A stretch of DNA of 64,000 nt from positions 1 through 64,000 of IMG/VR virus record IMGVR_UViG_3300044259_000036; one strand, 5' to 3'. Each line of letters begins with the position of its first letter. Position 1 is the first letter of the stretch. This stretch comes from a virus. Lineage: Duplodnaviria > Caudoviricetes. The translations under genes were made by a program, and so were the position numbers. The notes below the pieces were generated by a model, which was not told the origin of the DNA, did not search any database, and was given only the letters and a program-made list of their open reading frames with translations. Of the stretch, positions 28,501 through 38,841 are shown one piece after another.

Positions 28501-31500
28501 GCCTGACCGGAGGCCTGCGCACCGACCTGAGTGCCCTGCAGTCCAGCGTCTCCACGCAGGTCAGCGGGCTGCAGGCTCAGCTGGACGCTGCATCGAGCGC
28601 GCGTGAGTACAACAAGGGGAACGCCTACACCGCCGGCCAGTTCATCAGTGTCGGGCGATCGCTGTACCAGGCGAAGATCGCGGTACCGGCCAAAGCCGAC
28701 GGCACCAACGCGCCGCCGAACGCCACCTACTGGCGGGATGCCGGCAGCGTCGTGGCTTCCGCAGATGGCTTGGCCGCCCGCGTGACCACCGCCGAGACTA
28801 ACATCGGCACGATCAACGGAACGCTGACCTCCCAGGCGACGACCATCAGCGGTCTCCAGACCACCCTGAACGGCAAGGCTGACTCCAGTGCGCTGACGGC
28901 GCTGACCAGCCGTGTGACCGCCGCTGAGAACACCATCACCAGCCAGGGTTCTGCGATCACCAGCCTGACCAACACCGTGGCCGGCAAGGCGGATGCCTCG
29001 GCCGTGACTGCGCTGACCACTCGCGTCACGGCGGCGGAAGGCACGCTGACCTCGCTCAGCAACTCGCTGACCACCGTACAGGCCACGCTTGGCAACATCG
29101 CCGGCAACGGTAGCAACTTGGTGCCATCGGAATACAGCTGGCTGTCCGCAGCCGTGCCGACCATTGCCATGAGCCCTGTAACCCCTGTGGTGTCGGAGGC
29201 TGACGCCACCGTGCCGAGCGGGTACCGCTACAAGATCACCCGTGGCAACGCCTCCAACCCGTGGACCATGTTCTGCAAGACGAACAACGCGGCGGGCTGG
29301 AACACTACCCTGACGGCCGGCACCTACATCGTGTCGTTCTACGCGAACACCAACGCGGCAGGCGTGACCAACGGCCTGAAGGCCCGGTCGGCTGTGTGGG
29401 ACGGTACGTCCCGCGGAACCACTGACTTCACCGTGACCGCCGCCCGCACCCGGTACAGCCACCTGGTAACCCTGGCTGCCGACACCGTGGGCGCGCTGAC
29501 GATCTTCCTGCCCACCGGCGCCGTAGGCGACCTGCTGTGGGTCGACTCGCTCATGATCGAGCGGCAGATCGCCAACGGCACCACACCGTCGGCCTTCGTA
29601 GCGGGTCCAACTGGCTCCGAGATCACTGGCCTGGCCACTGCGCAGACCGCGCTGGAGGCCCGTGTCACATCTGCAGAAGGTGTGAACACCTCTCAAGCGA
29701 CCTCGATCACCAACCTGAACAGCTCGCTGGCAGGTAAGGCGGACGCATCCGCTCTCACAGCCCTTACCACTCGGGTGACCGCGGCTGAAGGTGTGAACAC
29801 GTCGCAGGGTGACTCGATCACCAGCCTAACCAACACGGTCAATGGTAAGGCCGACGCCTCTGCGCTGACGGCGCTGACCACCCGCGTCACCGCGGCTGAG
29901 GGGTCGATTTCCAGTCAGGGTAGTGCGATCACCAACCTGACCAACAGCCTGGCAGGGAAAGCGGACGCTGCCGCCCTGACTGCGCTCACCACCCGTGTTA
30001 CCAGCGCAGAGGGCACCCTTACCTCGCTGGGCAACTCGCTGACCAGCGTGCAGGCTACGCTGGGCGGGATCTCCGGCAACGGCACGAACATGCTGCCGGC
30101 GGAATACTGCGTGTTCGGCGCAACGGCGCCGGCCATGGTCGTGGGCGGCGGCATCACCGCAGAGGTGGAAGCAGACGCCACTGCGTTCAGCGGATACGCC
30201 CTGAAGTTCCAGAAGAACAGCGGCACGGCCACTGTCTACCTGTCGCCTTCGACCGTGTTCGGTTCGGCGAACATGGTGTTGAAGAAGAAGAAATACTTGG
30301 TGTCGATGTACGCCCGGGCGGGCACCGCTGGCCATCAGTTCCGCGCTGGCTTCCGTGCCATCCAGGCCGACGGCACCGTGGTGTTCCACTACCCGAGCAA
30401 CATGACCGTCACCACTGAGTGGGCGCGCTACACAACGGTCATCGACATGACCGCCTCGCCTGCCGACAAGATGATCCTGTGCATCGACGCCAAGTCGGGC
30501 ACCGGCGCCTACGGCGTGCCAGTGTGGGTCGACAAGATCATGGTCGAGGAGCAGATCGGTACTGGCACCGAGCCCTCAGCATTCGTGATGGGCAACAGCG
30601 CCGGCCAGGTAACTGGGCTCGCTGCCGCGCAGACCGCGCTGGAAGCCCGTGTGACTGCTGCAGAAGGGGTTAACACCTCCCAGGCCACGTCGATCACCAA
30701 CCTGAACAGCTCGCTGGCCGGCAAGGCGGACGCATCCGCGCTCACCGCCCTGACCACCCGCGTGACCGCGGCCGAAGGGGTGAACACCTCGCAGGGTGAG
30801 TCGATCACCAGCCTGACCAACAGCCTTGGCAGCAAAGCGGACGCATCTGCGCTCACCGCACTCACCACCCGTGTCACGGCTGCCGAGGGGGTGAACACCT
30901 CGCAAGGCACCGCGATCACCAACCTGACTAACAGCCTGACTGGTAAGGCTGACGTGTCCGCGCTGAACGCGCTGACCACCCGCGTCTCTGCGGCGGAAGG
31001 GTCGATCATCAGCCAGGGCAACTCGCTGACCAGCGTGCAGGCTACCCTCGGCAACATCGGCGGGAACGGTACCAACCTGCTTCCCACCGAGTGGAGCTGG
31101 CTGACCTCCCTGAACGCACCACCTCTGCCGAAAGGCGCTGCGGTAAACCTGAGCATGGTGGCGATCGCAGAAGCTGATTCCGGGTTCGGGGTCAAGTCGG
31201 ACACCGTAAACGGTGGTTCGGTGACCAACAGCTTCTACATGTACTCCCCGGCCAACAACGCAGGCGGGCGAAACATCCGCATCGAGCCGGGTACCTACCT
31301 GGTTTCGATGTACGTCAAGGCCAGCGCCGCTGCAACTGTCCGCGTCTCGCTGTACGACGGCACCCACCGCTACTCGGCGGACCAGACCTCGTCGACCACC
31401 CGTACCCGCATGACCTTCCCGGTCACTGTGACGGATTCGGCGCGCATCTCGGTGACCGTGTACCCGAACCGGACGATGCTCAACGACATCAGCACCGAGA

Positions 31501-34500
31501 TCGACTCGGTGATGATCGAGCGCCGAATCGGCGAGAGCAACACCCCGTCCCCGTTCGTAGCAGGCCCTACTGGCTCCGAAGTCGCCACCTTGGCCAGCGC
31601 ACAGACTGCGCTGGAGGCCCGTGTCACAGCTGCAGAAGGTGTGAACACCTCTCAAGCGACTTCGATTACCAACCTGAACAGCTCGCTGGCCGGGAAGGCA
31701 GACGCCTCCGCTCTCACAGCCCTGACCACTCGGGTTACGGCGGCTGAAGGTGTGAACACGTCGCAAGGCAGTGCGATCACAAGTCTGACCAACAGCGTCG
31801 CTGGTAAAGCGGATGTGTCGGCCCTTAACGCGCTGACCACCCGTGTCACGGCTGCCGAAGGCACGCTGACCGCGCTCAGCAGCTCGGTAACCACCGTTCA
31901 GGCCACGCTGGGCAACATCGCCGGTAGCGGCGTCAACCTGCTGCCAAGCGAATACAGCTGGCTGACCAGCACTACCCTGCCGACCATGACCAGCTCGCTG
32001 TCCAACCGGTCCGGCGTAGCAGTGGCGGGCTCCCCTTCGGGCTTCGGCTACTACCTGCAGGCGACCAGCAACAGCCTGTTCTCGTACATGGTCATGGCGC
32101 CGAGCAACGCGGTGGCCAACTACAACCTGAGCCTGGAGGCCGGCACCTACCTAGTGTCGATGTACGTCAAGGGCGACACGGCTGGCCAAGTCATGGCCAA
32201 CCTGTACGACGGCACGAACTCGCGCTCTGCGACCCTGGCCTACACCACCGCGCGTCAGCGTCTGACCTTCGTCATCACCTTGCCTGCGGCGGCCAAGAGC
32301 GCGCTGCTGATCTACCCGAACCGCCAAGGCGCTGCCACTGCTGGCATCACCGTCGATTCGATCATGATCGAGAGCCGCGTAGGCGAGAACAACACGCCGT
32401 CGACCTTCGTGCCTGGTCCGTCTGCATCGGAAGTGGCCGGCGTGGCCAGCGCTACCACCGCGCTGGAGGCCCGTGTCACAGCCGCAGAAGGTGTAAACAC
32501 CTCGCAGGCTACGTCGATCACCAACTTGAACAGCTCGCTGGCCGGGAAGGCAGACGCCTCCGCGCTGACAGCGCTGACCACCCGGGTAACCAACGCAGAG
32601 GGCGTGAACACCAGCCAGGGCAGCGCAATCACCAGCTTGACCGCAGGGGTGGGTAACACCAGCCAGGAAGACGTCCTGCTGAACCCTACGTGGGCTGCGG
32701 AGGGCTCGCTGAAGACCGAGAACGGTTCGGTCTACCAGATGGACTACGCCAACGCCACGGATGCAGGCGTACCAGCAGGCGCGCCGGCAGGCCGACTGCT
32801 GTGGCGTCTGAAGAAGGCTGCGGACTCCGGGTGGGGAGGCACTGTCCTGAACTCCGCCTACGCCATTGGCGGAACGAACCAGATCTACAGCCGTGCTAAC
32901 GCCGGAGATGTGATCAACCTGTCCTGCCACATGTTCTGCGAGAACACGGCCGCGAACGCAGGCAAAATCGCTATCACTCCAGTAGACGCTGACGGTAACA
33001 GCGGCGGCGTGGGCAACATCAGGATCTTGGGCTACGACGCTGCAACTGGCGGCTGGCAGTTCCTGACCGCTCAGTACACCATTCCGGCTGGCTACGCAGG
33101 CTTCCGCATCTACGTGGTGCCAGAAGGCGTGGCGCCGGTAGGGTTCAAAATGTGGCTGGCCAACCTGAAGGTCACCCGTCAGACCGCAGGTGAGAAGACC
33201 CTGGCCTCTGCCCAACAGGCGCTGGACACCCGCGTGACGGCTGCCGAAGGCACCATCACCAGCCAGGGCAGCTCGATCACCAACCTGAGCAACAGCCTGG
33301 CCAACAAGGCGGATGCTTCGGCACTCACCGCACTGACCACTCGCGTCACCGCCGCTGAGGGTGTGAACACCAGCCAGGGTACGTCGATCACCAACCTGAC
33401 CAACAGCCTGGCCGGGAAAGCCGACGCATCCGCACTGACGGCGCTGACCACGCGCGTGACCGCCGCTGAAGGCGCGATCACTTCTCAGGGAAACAGCATC
33501 ACGACGCTGACGTCGATGATCGGCCAGCAGCCCGACAACCTGATCCTGAAGGGTACCTTCGAGGACGGTGACATCGGTCCGTGGACTGCCAGCCCGTTGA
33601 TTGCCAACGTGACGGCCCACGCTTCGTACAGCAAAGCCATCCAGTTCATGGCCAACAGCTTCTGCGGTACGACTCGGAACGTGATCACCCGCGGCGGGGA
33701 GGAGTTCGACTGCTCGGCGGATGTCTGGAACAACTACATGACGGCTGGTCAGACCACCCGCCTGCAGATCCAGTTCTACGACAAGGCCGATACGAGCCTG
33801 GGCTACTTCACTGCGTTCACCGTATACGCAGGTGCAAACGGCTTCCAGACCTACAGCGGTCGCATCACCGCGCCTGCGGGTTCGGTCACCGCGCGCTTCG
33901 TGGTCCGCCACGAAACCTCGGACGGCACCGGCCGCTCGCTGTGGTGCAACATTCAGGCGCGTCGTGTGTCGATGGCTGACTCGGCCAACGCCGCGGCTAC
34001 CAGCGCGCTGACCACCCGTGTGACCTCGGCGGAAGGCTCGCTGACCTCGCAGGGCAGTTCGATCACCAACCTGACCAACTCGATGAACGCTATTGCTGGC
34101 TCGGGTAGTAACCTGCTGCCGGCGGAATACAGCGCCTTCTCGGCGACCGGCCCGGTCACCTCCACCAACGCAGCCTACTCGGTGGCTGTTGAAGCGGACG
34201 CCGCTGCGTTCAACGGCTACGCGCTGAAGCTGACCACCAACAACACCACCAACAGTACGATGTACTTCGTACCGTCCGCCGCCGCGACCGTCGTTTACGG
34301 CCACGCCAACATCGGCTTCAAACGCGGCAAATACATCGTCTCCTACTACGCGAAGGCAAACGTCGCTGGGCACACCATTGCGCCGTTCCTCAAGAGCATC
34401 GCGGTGGGTAACGCGAACGTTAACTCGAACATCGCCAACCAGAACCAGGCACTGACCACGGACTGGGCGCGCTATTCGGCTGTGATTGACATGACCTCGG

Positions 34501-37500
34501 CCAGCCACGTCGGCGACCTGATGATGCTGTGCATGCAGCTGAACGTCTCGGTCACCTCCGGCCGTATCGTGTGGATCGACAAGGTCATGATCGAGCCCGC
34601 GGTAGGAGGCGGTACCGAGCCGTCTGCGTTCGTACCAGGTAACAGCGTCCGCCAAGTGATGCTGAACGCCGCTGCCACCCAGGCTCTGGATACCCGACTG
34701 ACCGCCGCCGAAGGGGTTAACACCTCCCAGGCGACCTCGATTACCAGCCTGAACAGCTCGCTGGCCGGGAAAGCTGACAACTCCGCACTGACAGCGCTGA
34801 CCACCCGCGTCACCGCAGCGGAGGGGTCCATCACCAGCCAGGGCAGCTCGATCACCGCCCTCAGCTCCACCTTGGGCGGGATCTCGGGTAACGGTGCCAA
34901 CCTGCTGCCGTCGCAGTACAGCTGGCTGACCAGTGCGGTTGCACCTCAGATGGCGGTATCCGCTACCACGATCGCAGGTGTTGCGGTGGCTGGGTCGGTG
35001 AGTGGCTTTGGCTTCACAGCGACTTCCACCTCTGCAAGCACTGGCTGCTACGCCGAATTGGCCCCATCCAACAACGCCGCCGGCTGGAACATCTGGATGG
35101 AGCCAGGCACCTACCTGGTGTCGTTCTACGCCTCGGCGCCGAGCGCTGCGTCGGTCCGGGTCAGCATGTACGACGGCGCACAGCGGTACAGCCCGACCTT
35201 CACCCTGAATGCTACTCGCACCCGCTACTCGGGCGTGGTGACTGTAACAGCGGCTACCAAGGCCGGCCTGGTGTTGTTCTACAACATGGGTGGCGTCAGC
35301 GGCACTGTTGTCACCTTTGACTCGGTGATGATCGAGCGGCAGATCGCCGGGGGCACCGTGCCTTCGAGCTTCGTCGCCGGCCCATCCGCCTCGGAAGTAA
35401 CCGGCCTGGCCACTGCTCAGCAGGCCCTGGATACCCGCGTGACCGCCGTAGAGGGTGTGAACACCTCCCAGGCCACGTCGATCACCAACCTGAACACCTC
35501 GGTGGCCAGTAAGGCCGACGCTTCGGCGCTGAACGCCCTGACCACCCGGGTGACGACTGCCGAGAACACGATCACCAGCCAGAGCGGCGCGATCACCAGC
35601 CTGACGTCCGGCCTGAACGGGGTGTCCACTGACAACCTGATCATCGACCCGACCTACGCTGTCGGCAACAACACCAACCAGGGTACCGTCACCGTCCTTA
35701 CCCGCACGGCGCCGACCGTGACCTCGATCGGCTGCCCGGCACCGCGCGTCCTGAACTGGCCGGTGGCAACCAGCACCGGCAACACCTACATGGGTATCAA
35801 CGCGGTCGTGAACTCGCGATCGCCAGAGTCGGCGCTGGCCCACAACATGGCCGTGGCTGAGGGCGAGACCTACGACTTCGAGCTGTATGTGTTCTCGACG
35901 GTGGCCCGCCAGTATGGCCTGTGGATTCAGTTCTACGACACCGCCGGTGCCAGCATCAACCACACCTGGGCTGCCGAAGGCGGTGACGGTGTGCGCCTGT
36001 CCTCGACGGCGGGTGCGTGGGTCAAGCTGACCGGTACCGCCACTGTTCCGGCCGGCGTGATCCGCATGGCCATGTGCTTGCGCTTCAGCGCTGGTGACGC
36101 CACCACTGCCCAGATCTGTTCGCCGGTGTGCCGCAAGCGCGACGGCCAGACCAACGGCCAGGCCTCCGCCATCCAGAACCTGGACACTCGCGTGACAGCG
36201 GCTGAAGGGGTGAACACCTCACAGGCAAGCTCGATCACCAGCCTGACCAGCACCGTGGCCGGCAAGGCGGATACCAGCGCGCTGAACTCGCTGACCACCC
36301 GCGTGACGGCAGCCGAAGGTTCGATCTCCAGCCAGGGCAGCGCTGTGACTGCGCTGCAGACCTCACTGGGCAACATCGGCGGTACCGGCAGCAACCTGAA
36401 CCCGTCGGAATACTCGGTGTTCGGCCCGAATCCTCCAACCATCGGTGCACTGAGCAGCGGTCTGACCGCAAGCACCGTCGCGGACTCGGCGACCTTGGGC
36501 GGCTACGCGCTGAAGTTTGTCAGCTCCAACACCACCACCACGCTGGCCTGCTACCTGCACGCCTCTAACACGGTGGCGGCGGTTGGCTCGTTCCCGATGG
36601 CGTACAGCCCGGGCAAGTACATCCTGTCGTTCTACGCCAAGGCCAACGTAGCCGGCCGCACGATCAAGGCTTGGCTGCGCGCGCTGAACTCGGCAGACGC
36701 AGTGGTTGCACCTACGGCGCCGACCTTCACGCTGACCACCGGGTGGGTCCGCTACTCGGCCATCATGGACCTGAGCAACGCCACCACCTACTCGGGCAGC
36801 CGGATGGTGTTCGCTGTCACTCCGAACAACTCGGGCGTCTCCGGTACCGAGGTCTACCTCGATCGGATCATGGTCGAGCAGCAGATCGGCTCCAACGCTA
36901 CGCCTTCCGCGTTCGACGGCGGTACCAGCTACACCCAGGCGCAGGCCCAGGCATCCGCGATCAACTCGCTGGATACTCGACTGACCTCGGCTGAAGGGGT
37001 GAACACCTCCCAGGCTAGCTCGATCACCAGCCTGACCAGCCGTGTAGGGAGCGCTGAGGCGAGCATCAGCACCACTGCCAGCACCCTGGCCAGCACTAAC
37101 GGCACGCTGTCGTCGATGTGGGCCATGAAGATGACCCAGACCTCCAACGGGATCAACTACGTTGCAGGTATGGGTGTCAGCCTGGTAACCGACGCGAACT
37201 CAGGTATCGCGCAGGCCGCCATCGCCTTCCAGGCTGACCGCTTCGCGCTGCTGAACGTCGCGAACAACTCGGTTACGGTGCCGTTCTTCGTAGAAAACGG
37301 GGTAACCTATATCCAGCAGGCGATGATTAAGGCAGCCACGATCACCAACCTGATCGTCGGTACCGAACTCAGCTCCGCTGCACAGACCAACTGGGGCGGC
37401 CCGGTGATGCAGGTCAACTTCAACATTGGCCAGGTCGTCACCCGCCACCCTACATCGGCCTGGACTTACACCGTGATGGATAGAAACGGCGTGGTCGTGG

Positions 37501-37541
37501 TCGTTAACGGGGTAGTCCGGGTGCGGATGGGCGTCTGGTAA
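25563..37541 (+). CDS. giant central tail fibre / tip protein J-like with repeated CBM-like modules
   Basis: N-terminal J motifs (GPIKGLVNG, WDGTFK, DNPAW), Fn3-like part, repeats, C-terminal DUF1983-like FQADRFA...VRVRMGVW. Confidence 0.92.
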   Translation: MKKVKDEVLVIQGSGGGSGKKQHTPVEEPNTLRSKVRARILDLVAYGPIKGLVNGLRSVYLDGTPVENADGTLNFQGITVTTREGYPDQTYIPGFRSVENTSEVNTEIKQATPVIRSMTNNDADAAAVTIQLASLYKQEENGDTVGTTVEVFIDVRKDGGAWQQAVAYTFQGKTTAPYPKTFRIDLKPYGKGSFDLRVRRNSKESETSKLADKMTWTLLTEIIDRRFSHPNMALVGIEVDSELFGAQMPARVYHMDLSITQVPSNWDPYTRAYTGIWDGTFKDSWHDNPAWAYYDLAMHPVIGAGLDVIDKWELYRIAQFCDELVPNGYGGMEPRFTINTVFADQEDATVALNTLATIFRGMTYWGSNTVVPVADMPENPVLTVGPSSVKDGDFARTGTSMRERHSVAIVMWNDPDDMGKAVPEIYEDPDSLAEFGWRETRVTAVACNSRGQARRMAMWILDSERYETQTLSYTGTTEHAFLRPGNIIEVADPFEQGARMSGRLLERSTNQVTVDKVPAEAVAQVGGQWWLSVMLPDLTLSRHRVSSFDGDVVHLVDPLLTLPVVGAIWGLYSAGLQLPHYRVVSNAEDSETGMFQVTATEYDINKYSRVEQGLILPERPISLLPNGPLPAPTNLEFKVYTYYAGTARQQGLLISFEPPSDVRIDSFVIDVKSPSDASYRTVYNGPGTSFDMTNAEAGQWTVRVRSTASTGKLSQWTARTVQISQLLLPTPPDSVNVAVATFSVTLTPLSAYTDAMWEFWRSLVPLTAQQIEANAQQLPTGQYLVDADLKPDTQYYYYVRGVNQYGKSNWFGVQAKTLNNFDDILEAVTEDIKEGILYQYFEEKIDTKAAQVAIDKANEVVNGALTEVNQSIADLNATVDQVGSTVTTGLADANTAIQAVKTQADGIRADLNTNVSSVSGTLQSILGNVSTLQSETNTLKTSMTSVQGSITTINTTTGTLRADLTALQTDVSTQVGTLQGLTGGLRTDLSALQSSVSTQVSGLQAQLDAASSAREYNKGNAYTAGQFISVGRSLYQAKIAVPAKADGTNAPPNATYWRDAGSVVASADGLAARVTTAETNIGTINGTLTSQATTISGLQTTLNGKADSSALTALTSRVTAAENTITSQGSAITSLTNTVAGKADASAVTALTTRVTAAEGTLTSLSNSLTTVQATLGNIAGNGSNLVPSEYSWLSAAVPTIAMSPVTPVVSEADATVPSGYRYKITRGNASNPWTMFCKTNNAAGWNTTLTAGTYIVSFYANTNAAGVTNGLKARSAVWDGTSRGTTDFTVTAARTRYSHLVTLAADTVGALTIFLPTGAVGDLLWVDSLMIERQIANGTTPSAFVAGPTGSEITGLATAQTALEARVTSAEGVNTSQATSITNLNSSLAGKADASALTALTTRVTAAEGVNTSQGDSITSLTNTVNGKADASALTALTTRVTAAEGSISSQGSAITNLTNSLAGKADAAALTALTTRVTSAEGTLTSLGNSLTSVQATLGGISGNGTNMLPAEYCVFGATAPAMVVGGGITAEVEADATAFSGYALKFQKNSGTATVYLSPSTVFGSANMVLKKKKYLVSMYARAGTAGHQFRAGFRAIQADGTVVFHYPSNMTVTTEWARYTTVIDMTASPADKMILCIDAKSGTGAYGVPVWVDKIMVEEQIGTGTEPSAFVMGNSAGQVTGLAAAQTALEARVTAAEGVNTSQATSITNLNSSLAGKADASALTALTTRVTAAEGVNTSQGESITSLTNSLGSKADASALTALTTRVTAAEGVNTSQGTAITNLTNSLTGKADVSALNALTTRVSAAEGSIISQGNSLTSVQATLGNIGGNGTNLLPTEWSWLTSLNAPPLPKGAAVNLSMVAIAEADSGFGVKSDTVNGGSVTNSFYMYSPANNAGGRNIRIEPGTYLVSMYVKASAAATVRVSLYDGTHRYSADQTSSTTRTRMTFPVTVTDSARISVTVYPNRTMLNDISTEIDSVMIERRIGESNTPSPFVAGPTGSEVATLASAQTALEARVTAAEGVNTSQATSITNLNSSLAGKADASALTALTTRVTAAEGVNTSQGSAITSLTNSVAGKADVSALNALTTRVTAAEGTLTALSSSVTTVQATLGNIAGSGVNLLPSEYSWLTSTTLPTMTSSLSNRSGVAVAGSPSGFGYYLQATSNSLFSYMVMAPSNAVANYNLSLEAGTYLVSMYVKGDTAGQVMANLYDGTNSRSATLAYTTARQRLTFVITLPAAAKSALLIYPNRQGAATAGITVDSIMIESRVGENNTPSTFVPGPSASEVAGVASATTALEARVTAAEGVNTSQATSITNLNSSLAGKADASALTALTTRVTNAEGVNTSQGSAITSLTAGVGNTSQEDVLLNPTWAAEGSLKTENGSVYQMDYANATDAGVPAGAPAGRLLWRLKKAADSGWGGTVLNSAYAIGGTNQIYSRANAGDVINLSCHMFCENTAANAGKIAITPVDADGNSGGVGNIRILGYDAATGGWQFLTAQYTIPAGYAGFRIYVVPEGVAPVGFKMWLANLKVTRQTAGEKTLASAQQALDTRVTAAEGTITSQGSSITNLSNSLANKADASALTALTTRVTAAEGVNTSQGTSITNLTNSLAGKADASALTALTTRVTAAEGAITSQGNSITTLTSMIGQQPDNLILKGTFEDGDIGPWTASPLIANVTAHASYSKAIQFMANSFCGTTRNVITRGGEEFDCSADVWNNYMTAGQTTRLQIQFYDKADTSLGYFTAFTVYAGANGFQTYSGRITAPAGSVTARFVVRHETSDGTGRSLWCNIQARRVSMADSANAAATSALTTRVTSAEGSLTSQGSSITNLTNSMNAIAGSGSNLLPAEYSAFSATGPVTSTNAAYSVAVEADAAAFNGYALKLTTNNTTNSTMYFVPSAAATVVYGHANIGFKRGKYIVSYYAKANVAGHTIAPFLKSIAVGNANVNSNIANQNQALTTDWARYSAVIDMTSASHVGDLMMLCMQLNVSVTSGRIVWIDKVMIEPAVGGGTEPSAFVPGNSVRQVMLNAAATQALDTRLTAAEGVNTSQATSITSLNSSLAGKADNSALTALTTRVTAAEGSITSQGSSITALSSTLGGISGNGANLLPSQYSWLTSAVAPQMAVSATTIAGVAVAGSVSGFGFTATSTSASTGCYAELAPSNNAAGWNIWMEPGTYLVSFYASAPSAASVRVSMYDGAQRYSPTFTLNATRTRYSGVVTVTAATKAGLVLFYNMGGVSGTVVTFDSVMIERQIAGGTVPSSFVAGPSASEVTGLATAQQALDTRVTAVEGVNTSQATSITNLNTSVASKADASALNALTTRVTTAENTITSQSGAITSLTSGLNGVSTDNLIIDPTYAVGNNTNQGTVTVLTRTAPTVTSIGCPAPRVLNWPVATSTGNTYMGINAVVNSRSPESALAHNMAVAEGETYDFELYVFSTVARQYGLWIQFYDTAGASINHTWAAEGGDGVRLSSTAGAWVKLTGTATVPAGVIRMAMCLRFSAGDATTAQICSPVCRKRDGQTNGQASAIQNLDTRVTAAEGVNTSQASSITSLTSTVAGKADTSALNSLTTRVTAAEGSISSQGSAVTALQTSLGNIGGTGSNLNPSEYSVFGPNPPTIGALSSGLTASTVADSATLGGYALKFVSSNTTTTLACYLHASNTVAAVGSFPMAYSPGKYILSFYAKANVAGRTIKAWLRALNSADAVVAPTAPTFTLTTGWVRYSAIMDLSNATTYSGSRMVFAVTPNNSGVSGTEVYLDRIMVEQQIGSNATPSAFDGGTSYTQAQAQASAINSLDTRLTSAEGVNTSQASSITSLTSRVGSAEASISTTASTLASTNGTLSSMWAMKMTQTSNGINYVAGMGVSLVTDANSGIAQAAIAFQADRFALLNVANNSVTVPFFVENGVTYIQQAMIKAATITNLIVGTELSSAAQTNWGGPVMQVNFNIGQVVTRHPTSAWTYTVMDRNGVVVVVNGVVRVRMGVW

Positions 37542-37555
37542 GGGAAACAAGCAAC

Positions 37556-37579
37556 TGGTAGGCGTGAAAACGCCTACCA
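37556..37579 (+). terminator. hairpin after J
   Basis: TGGTAGGCGT-GAAA-ACGCCTACCA, no clear U-tract. Confidence 0.4.
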
Positions 37580-37654
37580 CGGGCTAAGGCATATGTGACA
37601 GGCTACGGAAATCTGCCAACAGCCTTCGCTAGACACAACGATTTAGGATAACTT

Positions 37655-37945
37655 ATGGCCGCGAAACGGACTTTCGTATCAAAACCAGCCGCAGAGGATC
37701 TGCTTATGTACGCTGTGATCAACAAGACCAACAACTTCGACCCTGCCAACAACCTGCGCTTCGCCACCGAAGCCGAGGCCGAAGCCAAGGCAGTCGAGAT
37801 CCTGAATCTCAACCCCACCCACGTTGTCCTCACCTGCGACCTGCTCAAGTCGTTCAAGGCTGTCGTGACCATCGAGTCCGGCCCTGTGGTTGAAGAAACC
37901 CCAGTGGGCGGCGGTGGCGATAGCGGCGAAGGCATGCCCGAGTAA
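37655..37945 (+). CDS. hypothetical protein
   Basis: 96 aa; the start may be the later ATG at 37706 (MYAVIN) behind GAGG. Confidence 0.65.
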   Translation: MAAKRTFVSKPAAEDLLMYAVINKTNNFDPANNLRFATEAEAEAKAVEILNLNPTHVVLTCDLLKSFKAVVTIESGPVVEETPVGGGGDSGEGMPE

Positions 37946-37996
37946 GCATCACCAGGTGCCGGCACCTGCCGGCACCACTTGATGCACGGAGGCATC

Positions 37997-38422
37997 ATGA
38001 GCAAACAACTCGAGAAGGACATCGACGTCCTGGCTCGCACCCTTTGGGGTGAGGCGCGAGGTGAGGGTTACACCGGCCAGGTCGCGGTAGCCTGGACTGT
38101 CCGCAACCGGGTCGACGATGGCAAGGACAAGTCGTGGTGGGGTGAAGGCTACGCCGGCGTCTGCCAGAAGGCCTACCAGTTCAGCTGCTGGAACAAGAAC
38201 GACCCGAACTACCCCTACCTGGCAGGGCTGAAGCAAATCCCTGCAGCGCAGTACGCCCAGGCGCGCAAGGCGGCGATCGCCGTGATGACCGGCGAGCTAT
38301 CCGACCCTACCAAGGGTGCCACCCATTATTTCTCCGACGTGATCAAGGCTCCGGCCTGGTCCAAGAACGCAACTCAGACGCTGTACCTGGGTCACCACCT
38401 GTTCTTCAGGAACGTTCCCTAG
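37997..38422 (+). CDS. endolysin, SleB-like cell wall hydrolase
   Basis: LARTLWGEARGE, YQFSCWN, DPTKGATHYF, GHHLF. Confidence 0.92.
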   Translation: MSKQLEKDIDVLARTLWGEARGEGYTGQVAVAWTVRNRVDDGKDKSWWGEGYAGVCQKAYQFSCWNKNDPNYPYLAGLKQIPAAQYAQARKAAIAVMTGELSDPTKGATHYFSDVIKAPAWSKNATQTLYLGHHLFFRNVP

Positions 38423-38475
38423 CCCTGCGAGCGGGCGGCGTATACAATCGCCCAAAATTTGACAAGGATTGTCAT

Positions 38476-38841
38476 ATGACAGGGATCAAAGGATTGGTCG
38501 CCTTGCTCGTCATCTGCGTCATCCTGGCCGCGAGCCTCGTCGTCTCGATGAAGCACGTCGGCCAGCTCCAGAAGGATCTGGAGGATTCGGCGCATGACCT
38601 GCAAACCATCACCGCTGAGCGCGACGGTGCGCTCGCAAGTCTCGACGCTTGCCGGGGCCAGCTACAGAAGAACAGCCTGGAAGCCCAGCAGCAGTCCGAG
38701 AAATCCCGACTGGAAACCGAGGCAGCGCTCAAGCGCGCTGACGACGTTCTCAGCCAGCTGCCCACGCAGATCGCTGCCGATCGCAAGGACAGCAAGACGC
38801 CGGAGCAGGCGTCGGGTTGGTTGAAGGCGCTGTTCCAATGA
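38476..38841 (+). CDS. i-spanin (Rz-like)
   Basis: N-terminal TM segment plus coiled coil. Confidence 0.75.
   Translation: MTGIKGLVALLVICVILAASLVVSMKHVGQLQKDLEDSAHDLQTITAERDGALASLDACRGQLQKNSLEAQQQSEKSRLETEAALKRADDVLSQLPTQIAADRKDSKTPEQASGWLKALFQ

Noticed and set aside
32151-35963. 1270-aa minus-strand ORF, and similar long ORFs at 9601..11649, 20072..22345, 40912..42912 and 47596..49935
   Set aside because: Antisense shadows of strongly codon-biased GC-rich genes; no motifs or RBS.
28860-37060. Repeat-spacer pattern resembling a CRISPR array or DGR
   Set aside because: Repeats are in-frame coding units with roughly 500-bp modules; no cas or reverse transcriptase gene and no adenine-specific TR/VR pair seen.
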